A stretch of 32,000 bases of DNA from positions 1,290,001 to 1,322,000 of the forward strand of contig NZ_CP040006.1 in assembly GCF_005696695.1 (NCBI RefSeq), in the 5' to 3' direction. This document shows, piece by piece, positions 9,385 to 17,373 of this stretch. The notes beneath the pieces are model-generated. The model worked only from the letters and a program-made list of their open reading frames with translations. It made no database searches and was not told the DNA's origin. The stretch's first letter is position 1. Each line of letters opens with the position of its first letter. This DNA comes from Schaalia odontolytica (GTDB lineage Bacteria > Actinomycetota > Actinomycetes > Actinomycetales > Actinomycetaceae). The translations under genes were made by a program, and so were the position numbers.

Positions 9385-10002
9385 TCAGTCGAAGAGCGAA
9401 ATGTCGCCCGCACCGACGCGCGCGACGACAGCGTCCCCGCCAGCAAAGTCAATGACCGTGGTCGGCTCGGCGACGCCCACGGGACCCACAACCACCAGAT
9501 CAACCTGGTGTCCGATGCGATCATCCACGTCGAAGCCGTCCGTCAGCGGCTCTTCCTCGCCCGGCATGATGAGCGTCGAACAGGCCAGGGGCTCACCCAG
9601 CGCCTCGACGATCGTCTGCGTAATGACATGATCGGGGATACGCACGCCCACCGTGTGCTTCTTCTTGTTCAGCATGATGCGCGGGACCTCCTTGGTCCCC
9701 CGCAGGATGAACGTGTAGGGTCCGGGGGTGAGCGCCTTCATGGTGCGGAACTCGTGATTATCGATGATCACGAGCTCGCCCAGCTGCGCAAACGAGTGAC
9801 ACAGCAACGAGAAGTTGTGCTTGTCATCGAGCTTACGGATGGCACGGATCGTGTCCATACCTGCCTTGTTGCCCGCCTTCGTGGCGATCGCATAGCCGGA
9901 GTCGGTAGGCAGCGCGATCGTACCGCCGCGTTCCAGCAGGTCAACGACCGTGTTGACCAAACGTGCCTGCGGATTCTCAGGGTGCATCTCGACGTACGAC
10001 AT
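9385..10002 (-). CDS. yciO: YciO-family protein (TsaC/YrdC/Sua5 fold, L-threonylcarbamoyladenylate synthase-like)
   Basis: MSYVEMHPENPQARLVNTVVDLLERGGTIALPTDSGYAI...NFSLLCHSFAQL...TPGPYTFILRGTKEVPR...HTVGVRIP...PTTVIDF is collinear with E. coli YciO (MSQFFYIHPDNPQQRLINQAV...PTDSGYAL...). Start chosen at the ATG at 10002; the track begins 5 codons upstream at a GTG. Confidence 0.88.
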   Translation of the reverse strand: MSYVEMHPENPQARLVNTVVDLLERGGTIALPTDSGYAIATKAGNKAGMDTIRAIRKLDDKHNFSLLCHSFAQLGELVIIDNHEFRTMKALTPGPYTFILRGTKEVPRIMLNKKKHTVGVRIPDHVITQTIVEALGEPLACSTLIMPGEEEPLTDGFDVDDRIGHQVDLVVVGPVGVAEPTTVIDFAGGDAVVARVGAGDISLFD

Positions 10003-10019
10003 GTACCCATTGTGCACGA

Positions 10020-10050
10020 AACCCCCACCGGTCGGTAACCGATGGGGGTT
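10020..10050 (-). terminator. Hairpin downstream of aspS (possible weak intrinsic terminator or attenuator before yciO)
   Basis: AACCCCCACCGG / CCGATGGGGGTT forms a 12-bp stem with one mismatch and a 7-nt loop. On the minus-strand RNA it is followed by UUUCGUG, a short and imperfect U tract. Confidence 0.3.
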
Positions 10051-10076
10051 CCGTGGACAAAGTCACGGACGAGGAA

Positions 10077-11882
10077 TCACTTCTCCGATTCTTCGGAGGC
10101 TTCCTCACCGCGCTTCTTCGGCTTCGCGTCGACGCCAGCTTCCTTACGCTGCGCGGGCGTAATCGGGGCCGGAGCCTCGGTCAGCGGGTCGAAACCGCCA
10201 CCGGACTTCGGGAAGGCGATCACGTCGCGGATCGAGTCGGACTTCGTCAGCAGGGAGACGATGCGGTCCCAACCGAAAGCGACACCACCGTGCGGCGGGG
10301 CGCCGTACTTGAAGGCGTCGAGCAGGAAGCCGAACTGCGTCTGGGCTTCCTCCTCGCCGATGCCCATCACGTTGAACACGCGGTTCTGGATGTCACGGCG
10401 GTGGATACGGATAGAGCCGCCGCCGATCTCGTTGCCGTTGCAGACGATGTCGTAGGCGTAGGCCAGCGCGTTACCCGGGTCCTTGTCGAAGGAGTCAACC
10501 CATTCGGGCTTGGGCGAGGTGAACGCGTGGTGGACGGCGGTCCAGGCGCTGTGGCCCAGCGCGACGTCGCCCTCGGCCTCGGCGTCGCCGGTGGGCTTGA
10601 AGAGCGGAGCGTCGACGACCCAGGTGAAGGCCCAGGCGTCGGGGTCGATCAGGTCGCAGCGCTTGCCGATCTCAAGGCGGGCCGCGCCGAGCAGCTCACG
10701 CGAGGGGGTGGGCTTGCCGGCGGCGAAGAAGATGCAGTCGCCGGGGTTGGCACCGGTCGCGGCAGCCAGGCCCTCGCGCTCTGCCTCGGTGATGTTCTTG
10801 GCGACGGGGCCGCCCAGTGTACCGTCCTCGGCGATCGTGACGTAAGCAAGGCCCTTGGCGCCGCGCGCCTTGGCCCACTCCTGCCACTTGTCGAAGGTAC
10901 GACGCGGCTGCGAACCGCCACCGGGCATGACGACGGCGCCCACGTAGGGAGCCTGGAACACGCGGAACGTCGTGTCCTTGAAGTACTCGGTGAGCTCGGT
11001 GAGCTCGAGGCCGAAGCGCAGGTCAGGCTTATCCGAGCCGTAGCGCTCCATCGCGTCCTTGTAGGTCATGCGCGGGATCGGCGTGGACAGGTCGTAACCG
11101 ATGAGCGCCCACACATTCTTCAGGACGTCCTCAGCGACCTCAATGACGTCGTCCTGGTCCACGAAGCTCATCTCGATGTCGAGCTGGGTAAACTCGGGCT
11201 GACGGTCGGCGCGGAAGTCCTCGTCGCGGTAGCAGCGCGCAATCTGGAAGTAGCGCTCCATGCCAGCCACCATGAGCAGCTGCTTGAAGAGCTGGGGCGA
11301 CTGGGGCAGTGCGTACCAGGAGCCGGGCGACAGACGTGCCGGGACGATGAAGTCGCGGGCGCCCTCGGGGGTCGAACGGGTCAGGGTCGGTGTCTCGATC
11401 TCGACGAAGTCGCGGGCGTAGAGCGCCTCACGGGCAGCGCGGGAGACCTTCGAGCGCAGGCGGATCGCGTACTGCTCGGGCTCACGACGCAGGTCGAGGT
11501 AGCGGTACTTCAGGCGGGTTTCCTCGCCCACGTTGCCGGAATCTTCAGCATTGGAGGACACCTGGAACGGCAGGGGTGCGCTGGTGTTCAGGATTTCGAT
11601 ATCGTCGCCCATCACCTCGATGGCGCCGGTGGCCAGGTGCGGGTTTTCGTTGCCCTCGGGGCGAGCGCAGACCTCGCCGGTGACCTTCAGGACGAACTCG
11701 GAGCGCAGCTCGTGGGCGACACGCTCGTCGCGGACGACAACCTGGGCGATGCCGGACGCGTCGCGCAGGTCGATGAACGCCACGCCACCGTGGTCGCGAC
11801 GACGATCCACCCAACCGGTGAGCGTCACAGTCTGACCGACAAGGTCGGTGCCGAGGGTTCCAATGTTGTGAGTGCGGAGCAC
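10077..11882 (-). CDS. aspS: Aspartate--tRNA ligase
   Basis: [44 protein letters not shown] (OB anticodon-binding domain). Class II motifs [11 protein letters not shown], the GAD insertion, and GGGSIRIH...[13 protein letters not shown]. Start at the GTG at 11882, preceded by AAAGGA; an in-frame ATG lies 8 codons upstream at 11906. The 1027-aa track ORF is an upstream read-through artefact. Confidence 0.93.
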   Translation of the reverse strand: MLRTHNIGTLGTDLVGQTVTLTGWVDRRRDHGGVAFIDLRDASGIAQVVVRDERVAHELRSEFVLKVTGEVCARPEGNENPHLATGAIEVMGDDIEILNTSAPLPFQVSSNAEDSGNVGEETRLKYRYLDLRREPEQYAIRLRSKVSRAAREALYARDFVEIETPTLTRSTPEGARDFIVPARLSPGSWYALPQSPQLFKQLLMVAGMERYFQIARCYRDEDFRADRQPEFTQLDIEMSFVDQDDVIEVAEDVLKNVWALIGYDLSTPIPRMTYKDAMERYGSDKPDLRFGLELTELTEYFKDTTFRVFQAPYVGAVVMPGGGSQPRRTFDKWQEWAKARGAKGLAYVTIAEDGTLGGPVAKNITEAEREGLAAATGANPGDCIFFAAGKPTPSRELLGAARLEIGKRCDLIDPDAWAFTWVVDAPLFKPTGDAEAEGDVALGHSAWTAVHHAFTSPKPEWVDSFDKDPGNALAYAYDIVCNGNEIGGGSIRIHRRDIQNRVFNVMGIGEEEAQTQFGFLLDAFKYGAPPHGGVAFGWDRIVSLLTKSDSIRDVIAFPKSGGGFDPLTEAPAPITPAQRKEAGVDAKPKKRGEEASEESEK

Positions 11883-11931
11883 TGTGATTCCTTTCGTAGT
11901 TACCATCCGCGAGACAGGCGGCGGCAGTGTC

Positions 11932-11937
11932 ATTGTA
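11932..11937 (-). promoter_or_regulatory. Putative -10 hexamer (TACAAT) for aspS
   Basis: On the minus strand TACAAT lies about 50 nt upstream of the aspS GTG. No convincing -35, which is common in actinobacteria. Motif inspection only. Confidence 0.3.
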
Positions 11938-11971
11938 CGCCTGCCTTCCGAAGAGTCGCGCGTGCCGCGAG

Positions 11972-11977
11972 TACGAT
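11972..11977 (+). promoter_or_regulatory. Putative -10 hexamer (TACGAT) giving a leaderless MFS transcript
   Basis: TACGAT ends 7 nt before the A of the MFS ATG (11985), and there is no Shine-Dalgarno in between (agtgaac). This is the geometry expected for a leaderless actinobacterial mRNA. Confidence 0.35.
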
Positions 11978-11984
11978 AGTGAAC

Positions 11985-13397
11985 ATGCCAACCGCCGAGC
12001 CCGCCTCTCCTTCCCGTACCTCCTGGACGACGTCCGAAATTGGCTTGGCCATCGGGTCGGTTCTCCTCATTACGCTCGTGGCCTTCGAGGAGCTCGCCGC
12101 CACGACGATCATGCCCGCAGTCGTCCAGTCTTTTGACGCTGCCGCCTGGTACCCGATCGCCTCGGGCGCGGCGTTGGCGACGCAGCTGAGCGCCACCGTG
12201 GTCGCGGGCGCGCTGGCGGATTGGAAGGGACCCCGTTTTGTCCTGCTCGCGGGATTGGTTCTCTTCGCTGTCGGTTTGGTGGTGTGCGCCGCGGGCACAA
12301 ACGTGGTCATGTTCGTTGTCGGCCGCGCGCTTCAGGGGCTCGGCGGCGGCCTGCTCATCGTCCCGCTCTACGTCCTCGTCGGTGCGGTCGCTTCCCCTCG
12401 TCACCGTCCCTCGTTCTTTGCGTCTTTCTCGCTGGCGTGGGTTCTCCCCTCGCTGGTCGGCCCCGCGATCGCAGGCCACGTGACCCAGGAGTGGGGATGG
12501 CGCTACGTCTTTGGCGTCGTTCCGCTCTTGGTTGTGATCGCAGCGGTCCCGATTGCCTACGTCCTGCGCTCGATCCCGACTGCACAGGGCCAGCGCTCCC
12601 CCATGCTCGCGTCCCTCTCGCGAGACGCCGGGCTTGTCGGAATTGGCGTCATGCTGCTCCAGCTTGCGGGCGCCCTGTCCTCGCCTTTCGCGCAGTTCGG
12701 GGTCTTCGCCCTCGGCGCGTGCATCACCGCCTGGGCACTGCCCCGCCTCCTGCCGCGCGGAACGTTCATGTCCCGCCGCGGCATGCCCTCGGCGATCCTT
12801 GCAAGGCTGAGCGCGATGGCCTCGCAGGTCGGCCTCGCAGTCATGATCCCGCTCATCCTCCAGCGCGTGCACGGATGGTCCGAGGCCTCCTCCGCCTGGT
12901 GGGTCACACTCGGGTCGATCACATGGGCTATCGGCGCGGTCGGCCAGGCACGCGTTCACGATGCACACCTGCGCCGCCGGCTCCCGGTCATCGGCGGCGC
13001 GCTGATGGCCATCGGCGCGATCCCCGTCGGAGCCCTCCTGTTCCCCACGATACCGGTCTGGGTCGCCCTCATCGGCTGGCTGTTCGTCGGCCTCGGCGTC
13101 GGTCTCGTTCACGCGCCTCTGTCCGTTATGGCACTCGAGGTGACCCCCGAGGCCAAGCACGGGCGCGTGGCCTCTTGGCTGCAGGTCGCGGATTCGGCAG
13201 GACCAGCCCTCGAACTCGCCCTCGTGTCCGTCGCCATGAGCGCGTGGGCCGCCACCGCCACGGTGGGCGGGGCAGCCTACGCTCCCTACTGGGTGATTGC
13301 TGCTGTGCTTGCGATCCTCACCGTGGTCGCGGTGACGCGGCTGCGTCCCTCATCGGAACGCGCCACGGGTGAGGCGGCTAGCGCTCAGTCGTCGTAA
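11985..13397 (+). CDS. MFS transporter (drug/metabolite efflux-type, multi-TM)
   Basis: 470 aa starting [34 protein letters not shown]. About 12-14 hydrophobic segments. MFS-like motif [16 protein letters not shown] (loop 2-3). The track ORF 9963..13397 is this gene fused to an antisense shadow of aspS. Confidence 0.85.
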   Translation: MPTAEPASPSRTSWTTSEIGLAIGSVLLITLVAFEELAATTIMPAVVQSFDAAAWYPIASGAALATQLSATVVAGALADWKGPRFVLLAGLVLFAVGLVVCAAGTNVVMFVVGRALQGLGGGLLIVPLYVLVGAVASPRHRPSFFASFSLAWVLPSLVGPAIAGHVTQEWGWRYVFGVVPLLVVIAAVPIAYVLRSIPTAQGQRSPMLASLSRDAGLVGIGVMLLQLAGALSSPFAQFGVFALGACITAWALPRLLPRGTFMSRRGMPSAILARLSAMASQVGLAVMIPLILQRVHGWSEASSAWWVTLGSITWAIGAVGQARVHDAHLRRRLPVIGGALMAIGAIPVGALLFPTIPVWVALIGWLFVGLGVGLVHAPLSVMALEVTPEAKHGRVASWLQVADSAGPALELALVSVAMSAWAATATVGGAAYAPYWVIAAVLAILTVVAVTRLRPSSERATGEAASAQSS

Positions 13398-15553
13398 CGA
13401 CGCTTGCCGAAGTGGCGGCGTCCGCCGTCGCGGCTTCCGTCGCGGTCCCAAGCGCCGTCGCGGCCACCCTCGCGTTCGCGGCGGGCGCGCTTGATGTCCT
13501 TCTCCCAACGCTCGGTGCGAACGCTGCGGCGCGGACGGGATCCGTCGCCCTTTTCGAAGCGGTGCGGACGCTTCTCATCACGGTCTCCGAAGCGGCCCTC
13601 TCGATCACCGTAGCCACCGCGGCCTCGGTGATCTCGGTCGAAGTCGCGGCGCTCACGGCGCTCAAATCCGTCGCGGTCACCGTGAGAACGGCCGCCGGGG
13701 CCCTCATCGACGCGGATGCGCAGCTGGCGGCCAGACACGTATCCCTTGGAGATACGGGACAGCTGCTCGCTGGACAGGTCCGCGGTGATGTCGACCAGTG
13801 AGAAGGTCGGGTAGATCTCGATGTTGCCGATGTCGCGGCCGTCGATGCCGCCCTCGCCAGCAATGGCGCCAACGATCGAACCGGGCTTGACGCGGTCCTT
13901 CTTGCCCACCTCGATGCGGTAGCGGGTACCGGAGCCGGGTGCCGGGCGGCCGCCACCGCGACGACGAGCTCCGTTCGCGCCGCCCTTGAGCGGGCGGTCC
14001 TTGTCGCGACCAGCCTCGAAAGTGGCGCCGACGAACTCGCCGGACTCGTCCAGCTGTTCCTCGCGGCGGATCTTCCCGTTGCCACGGCGATCCTTCTCGA
14101 CGCGCGGGGCCGGGCCCTCGTCGCCGACGGCCGTCGCCATGAGGGCGGCGGCGATGTCCTCGACGGAGATCTCATCGCCGAGGTCGGCGAGCAGACGCTT
14201 GTACATGTCGAGACGGCCGCGCTCAATACGAGCGGACAGGCCCTCGAGCAGACGGCTGGCGCGGAATTCGGAGACGGCTGCAGGCGAGGGAATCTCGACC
14301 TCTTCCATCTCGGTGCCCGTCAGCTTCTCGATGCGGCGCAGACGGCCGTGCTCACGCGGGGTGAAGAACGTCAGCGCGCGGCCCTCACGGCCCGCACGGC
14401 CGGTGCGACCGATGCGGTGGACGTAGGCCTCGGGCTCACGCGGAACGTCAAAGTTGACGACGAGGGAGATACGTTCGACGTCGAGGCCTCGGGCGGCCAC
14501 GTCGGTCGCGACCAGCACGTCGAGCGAGCCGTTCTTGAGGCGCTCGACCATGCGCTCGCGCTCGGTCTGAGCGACGTCGCCGGAAATGCCGGCTGCACGG
14601 AATCCACGGCCCGAGAGCTCCAGCGACACCTCTTCGACATCGGCGCGCGTGCGCACGAAGACGATGGCGGCGTCCGCCTCTTCCTGGCCTTCCTTGATGT
14701 GCTGGGCGCGGGTAGCCAGCACGCGCGAAAGCGCACCGATCTTGTGCTTGTAGGGCACCACCGCGTAGGTCTGATGGATGGTGTCGACCGTCGAGGACTC
14801 GGTGGAAACCGCAACCTTGACCGGATCCTTCAGGTGCTCGCGGGCAACCTTCTCAATGGCAGCGGGCATCGTCGCACTGAACAGTGCGGTCAGTCGATCA
14901 TCCGGGGCGCTCGACGCAATCGTCTCGACGTCCTCGGCAAAGCCCATACGCAGCATTTCGTCGGCCTCGTCGAGGACCAGCATACGCACGTGCGACAGAT
15001 CGAGGGCGCCCTTCTCGATGAGGTCGATAACGCGACCCGGGGTGCCGACGACGACCTGAGCGCCACGCTTGAGCGCACCGATCTGCGGGCCGTAGGGAGA
15101 GCCACCGTAGACGGGGACGACGTCGAGGCGGGCCGTACGTGCGGCGAAATCCTCGATCGCCTGGGCACTCTGCATCGCGAGCTCGCGCGTGGGGGCCAGG
15201 ACGAGAGCCTGCACGTTGCGCTCGTCCGCGTCAACAATCGCTAGGAGCGGCAGGCCGAAGGCAGCGGTCTTTCCGGTACCCGTCTGGGCGATGCCGACAA
15301 CGTCGCGCAGCTCCAGCAGCGGCGGGATGGCAGCTGCCTGAATCGGGGTGGGGACGCGGAATCCCATGTCGGTGACGGCCGCGAGGATCTCCTCGGGCAG
15401 GCCGAGGCTCGCGAAGGTCACGGTATCCGTGTCCTCTTCGTCCGCGCGGTCATCGTCGAGGTCACGATCATCGTCGAGGTCGTCAATATCGTCGGCAATC
15501 GCCGTCATCTCACGCTCGTCGTCAGCGCGTTCCGTGAAATCGTCAGAGGGCAT
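13385..15553 (-). CDS. DEAD-box ATP-dependent RNA helicase (DeaD/CsdA-like) with a DbpA-type RNA-binding domain and an Arg/Gly/Asp-rich tail
   Basis: 722 aa. Q motif region FASLGL...GFRVPTPIQ, motif I AQTGTGKT, Ia PTRELA, II DEAD, III SAT, VI HRIGRTGRAG. DbpA-like segment YRIEVGKKDRVKPGSIVGAIAGEGGI. AAGGA lies 6 nt upstream of the ATG at 15553. Confidence 0.93.
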   Translation of the reverse strand: MPSDDFTERADDEREMTAIADDIDDLDDDRDLDDDRADEEDTDTVTFASLGLPEEILAAVTDMGFRVPTPIQAAAIPPLLELRDVVGIAQTGTGKTAAFGLPLLAIVDADERNVQALVLAPTRELAMQSAQAIEDFAARTARLDVVPVYGGSPYGPQIGALKRGAQVVVGTPGRVIDLIEKGALDLSHVRMLVLDEADEMLRMGFAEDVETIASSAPDDRLTALFSATMPAAIEKVAREHLKDPVKVAVSTESSTVDTIHQTYAVVPYKHKIGALSRVLATRAQHIKEGQEEADAAIVFVRTRADVEEVSLELSGRGFRAAGISGDVAQTERERMVERLKNGSLDVLVATDVAARGLDVERISLVVNFDVPREPEAYVHRIGRTGRAGREGRALTFFTPREHGRLRRIEKLTGTEMEEVEIPSPAAVSEFRASRLLEGLSARIERGRLDMYKRLLADLGDEISVEDIAAALMATAVGDEGPAPRVEKDRRGNGKIRREEQLDESGEFVGATFEAGRDKDRPLKGGANGARRRGGGRPAPGSGTRYRIEVGKKDRVKPGSIVGAIAGEGGIDGRDIGNIEIYPTFSLVDITADLSSEQLSRISKGYVSGRQLRIRVDEGPGGRSHGDRDGFERRERRDFDRDHRGRGGYGDREGRFGDRDEKRPHRFEKGDGSRPRRSVRTERWEKDIKRARREREGGRDGAWDRDGSRDGGRRHFGKRRYDD

Positions 15554-15633
15554 AATTCATCCTTGCGTGGTGCAATCGGTGTCAGCAAAACCATCGGGGC
15601 GGGCCTACTCGGCTCCTCGGCGCGGCCTCACCC

Positions 15634-15660
15634 ATAACAACAAATCCCGCATCCCGCGGG
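15634..15660 (-). terminator. Terminator-like GC hairpin plus U-rich tract between the GTPase operon and the helicase gene
   Basis: Minus-strand RNA is CCCGC-GGGAU-GCGGG followed by AUUUGUUGUUAU. It lies about 125 nt downstream of the GTPase B stop and about 80 nt upstream of the helicase ATG. Confidence 0.35.
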
Positions 15661-15783
15661 CACCATAACAAGGGGCAGCGCCTCATCGCTACAACCAGCA
15701 TACCCTCGCAGGCAGCTGACAGAGGCGCGTGGTCGGCGAACTCACTGTCAGCGAATCGTCCGCCCGTTGCGACAGGACGAGAC

Positions 15784-17373
15784 TCAGAGGGGCAGGCGAG
15801 CGAGGAACGAGGCGATCGTCACCTGTCGATTGTCCTCGGAACGCAGGGGAGCAACGACGAGTCGATCGACCGCATCGCGGCACAGTCCCCGCAGGTCACG
15901 CATCACAACGCGCCGACGCCGCGACGCAGTCCACCGGGCGAACGCCCGGCTCGCACACGCGCAGAGCACCGTGATCAACAGGCACAGCGCGACCAGTGCC
16001 GTCGGAAGCGGAATCGGCCCGAGCGCGGGGACCCGGACATCGATGAGGACAGCCCTGCCCAGGTGCACGAGGACGATCCACGCAACACCGATAACAACGC
16101 CCAGCCAGGCGAGCAGCTGGGCACCACCCAGCACACGGCAAAGCGCCGGGGCTCCGGTCGAGACGCGAATGTGCTCCGCAACCTCACGATGCGCTGCGTC
16201 CGGGACCTCTCGCGCCCCGCTAAGCGCACGCTCGACCAGCGCCGCACGCCAACGGGCAGGACGCGCCTGCGCGCGCTCCCCAACCGCCCCCCGAACAGCG
16301 TTGACGAAGGCAGCTTCATCGGAGGCGGACCGAGTCGGCAACGTCGGAGTCGTCGCCCCCTCGGCACGCGACTCATCGTCCAGATGTAGGCGGCGCAGCG
16401 GGTCCACACCCGTACGCGCCAGCCAGCGCAACGGCAGCCAGCCGCCCGCCCGGCGTCCGGCACGCAGCGTCGAGTCAGCCACGGCCTCGGCGATGATCGG
16501 AGCACCCGCGAGATCGGCGGCCGTGCCAGCCAATTCGGCGGCCAGACCCTCGGTCTCGAGGCCACGGACCGTGCCGGTCAGTTCCAAGGACTCGCGCAGT
16601 ATCCGGGAGGCCTCACGCAGCGCAGCACGCGCGCGCGACGCCTGGCGTGAGACCCGCTCGGCCTCGCGCGTCAGGTGCTTGATGAGAGTGCGCATCCCTT
16701 CGCCCGACGTCGCCGACACCGCGAATACCTCGGCGTCAGCCATGCCGCGCTCGCTCAGCAGACGACGCAGATCCTGCTCGATCGCATCACGCTCGGGCAC
16801 GGAAATGGTATCGATGTGCGTCAGGACGACCGTCACCGAGGCATGCGACGAGCGCAGACGCACCAGCCACTCGTCGTGCAGACGCGCGTCCGCATACTTC
16901 TGCGGGTTGACGACAACGACGAGCGCGTCGACGCGCGACGCCAGACGATCGGCGATGTCCGCATGACGTGCATCAACCGAATCAATGTCCGGCAAATCAA
17001 CGACGACGGTGTCGCCAGGCAGCGCTTGCGGCGCCTCCACCCGACGACCGATATCCAGCCACCCCAGCAATTCCTGCGGTTCTCGGCCTCGCGGCAGCAC
17101 GGCGCACGCCTCGTTCGTCGTGGGGCGCCGAACACCCGCAGTGACGACCTCTCCCCCACTCAGCGCGTTGACGAGGGAGGACTTGCCGGCACCCGTGCCT
17201 CCCAGCATGCCGATAACGCACCAGGACGGGTCGACCTCGCTGCGTTCGGCCGTCACGTCAATGAGATCGCGAATGTGCGCCAGAGTCTGCTGATCGAGGT
17301 CCGGTGCTGCCAGGGTGCACATCTCGTCAAGCTGCTGGGCAGCCGAAGCCACGGGGTTCGATGCTCGCCTCAC
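15784..17373 (-). CDS. P-loop GTPase, dynamin-like/HSR1-like family, with a C-terminal two-helix membrane hairpin (paralog B)
   Basis: 529 aa. G1 GMLGGTGAGKSSLVNAL, VRRPTT (G2-like Thr), VVVDLPDIDS (Walker B/G3 position without the Gly), NPQKYADA, LTHID (G4-like). Long Ala/Arg/Glu helical region, then two TM helices (LLAWLGVVIGVAWIVLVHLG and LPTALVALCLLITVLCACA). The GTG start overlaps the paralog A stop (GTGA). Confidence 0.85.
   Translation of the reverse strand: MRRASNPVASAAQQLDEMCTLAAPDLDQQTLAHIRDLIDVTAERSEVDPSWCVIGMLGGTGAGKSSLVNALSGGEVVTAGVRRPTTNEACAVLPRGREPQELLGWLDIGRRVEAPQALPGDTVVVDLPDIDSVDARHADIADRLASRVDALVVVVNPQKYADARLHDEWLVRLRSSHASVTVVLTHIDTISVPERDAIEQDLRRLLSERGMADAEVFAVSATSGEGMRTLIKHLTREAERVSRQASRARAALREASRILRESLELTGTVRGLETEGLAAELAGTAADLAGAPIIAEAVADSTLRAGRRAGGWLPLRWLARTGVDPLRRLHLDDESRAEGATTPTLPTRSASDEAAFVNAVRGAVGERAQARPARWRAALVERALSGAREVPDAAHREVAEHIRVSTGAPALCRVLGGAQLLAWLGVVIGVAWIVLVHLGRAVLIDVRVPALGPIPLPTALVALCLLITVLCACASRAFARWTASRRRRVVMRDLRGLCRDAVDRLVVAPLRSEDNRQVTIASFLARLPL

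Noticed and set aside
9381-9524. N-terminal extension of the esterase ORF overlapping yciO by about 140 nt
   Set aside because: The extension (MIASDTRLIWWLWVPW...) has no homology to Fes N-domains. The in-frame GTG at 9380 gives a tidy 4-nt gap after yciO.
9963-13397. 1144-aa + strand ORF and the overlapping 1027-aa minus-strand ORF (10077..13160), which look like giant genes
   Set aside because: Each is a real gene (MFS from 11985; aspS up to 11882) fused to a stop-free antisense shadow of the other. The shadow parts are Arg/Gly/Ala/Pro-rich nonsense without motifs. Real starts with a ribosome-binding site or promoter context exist internally.
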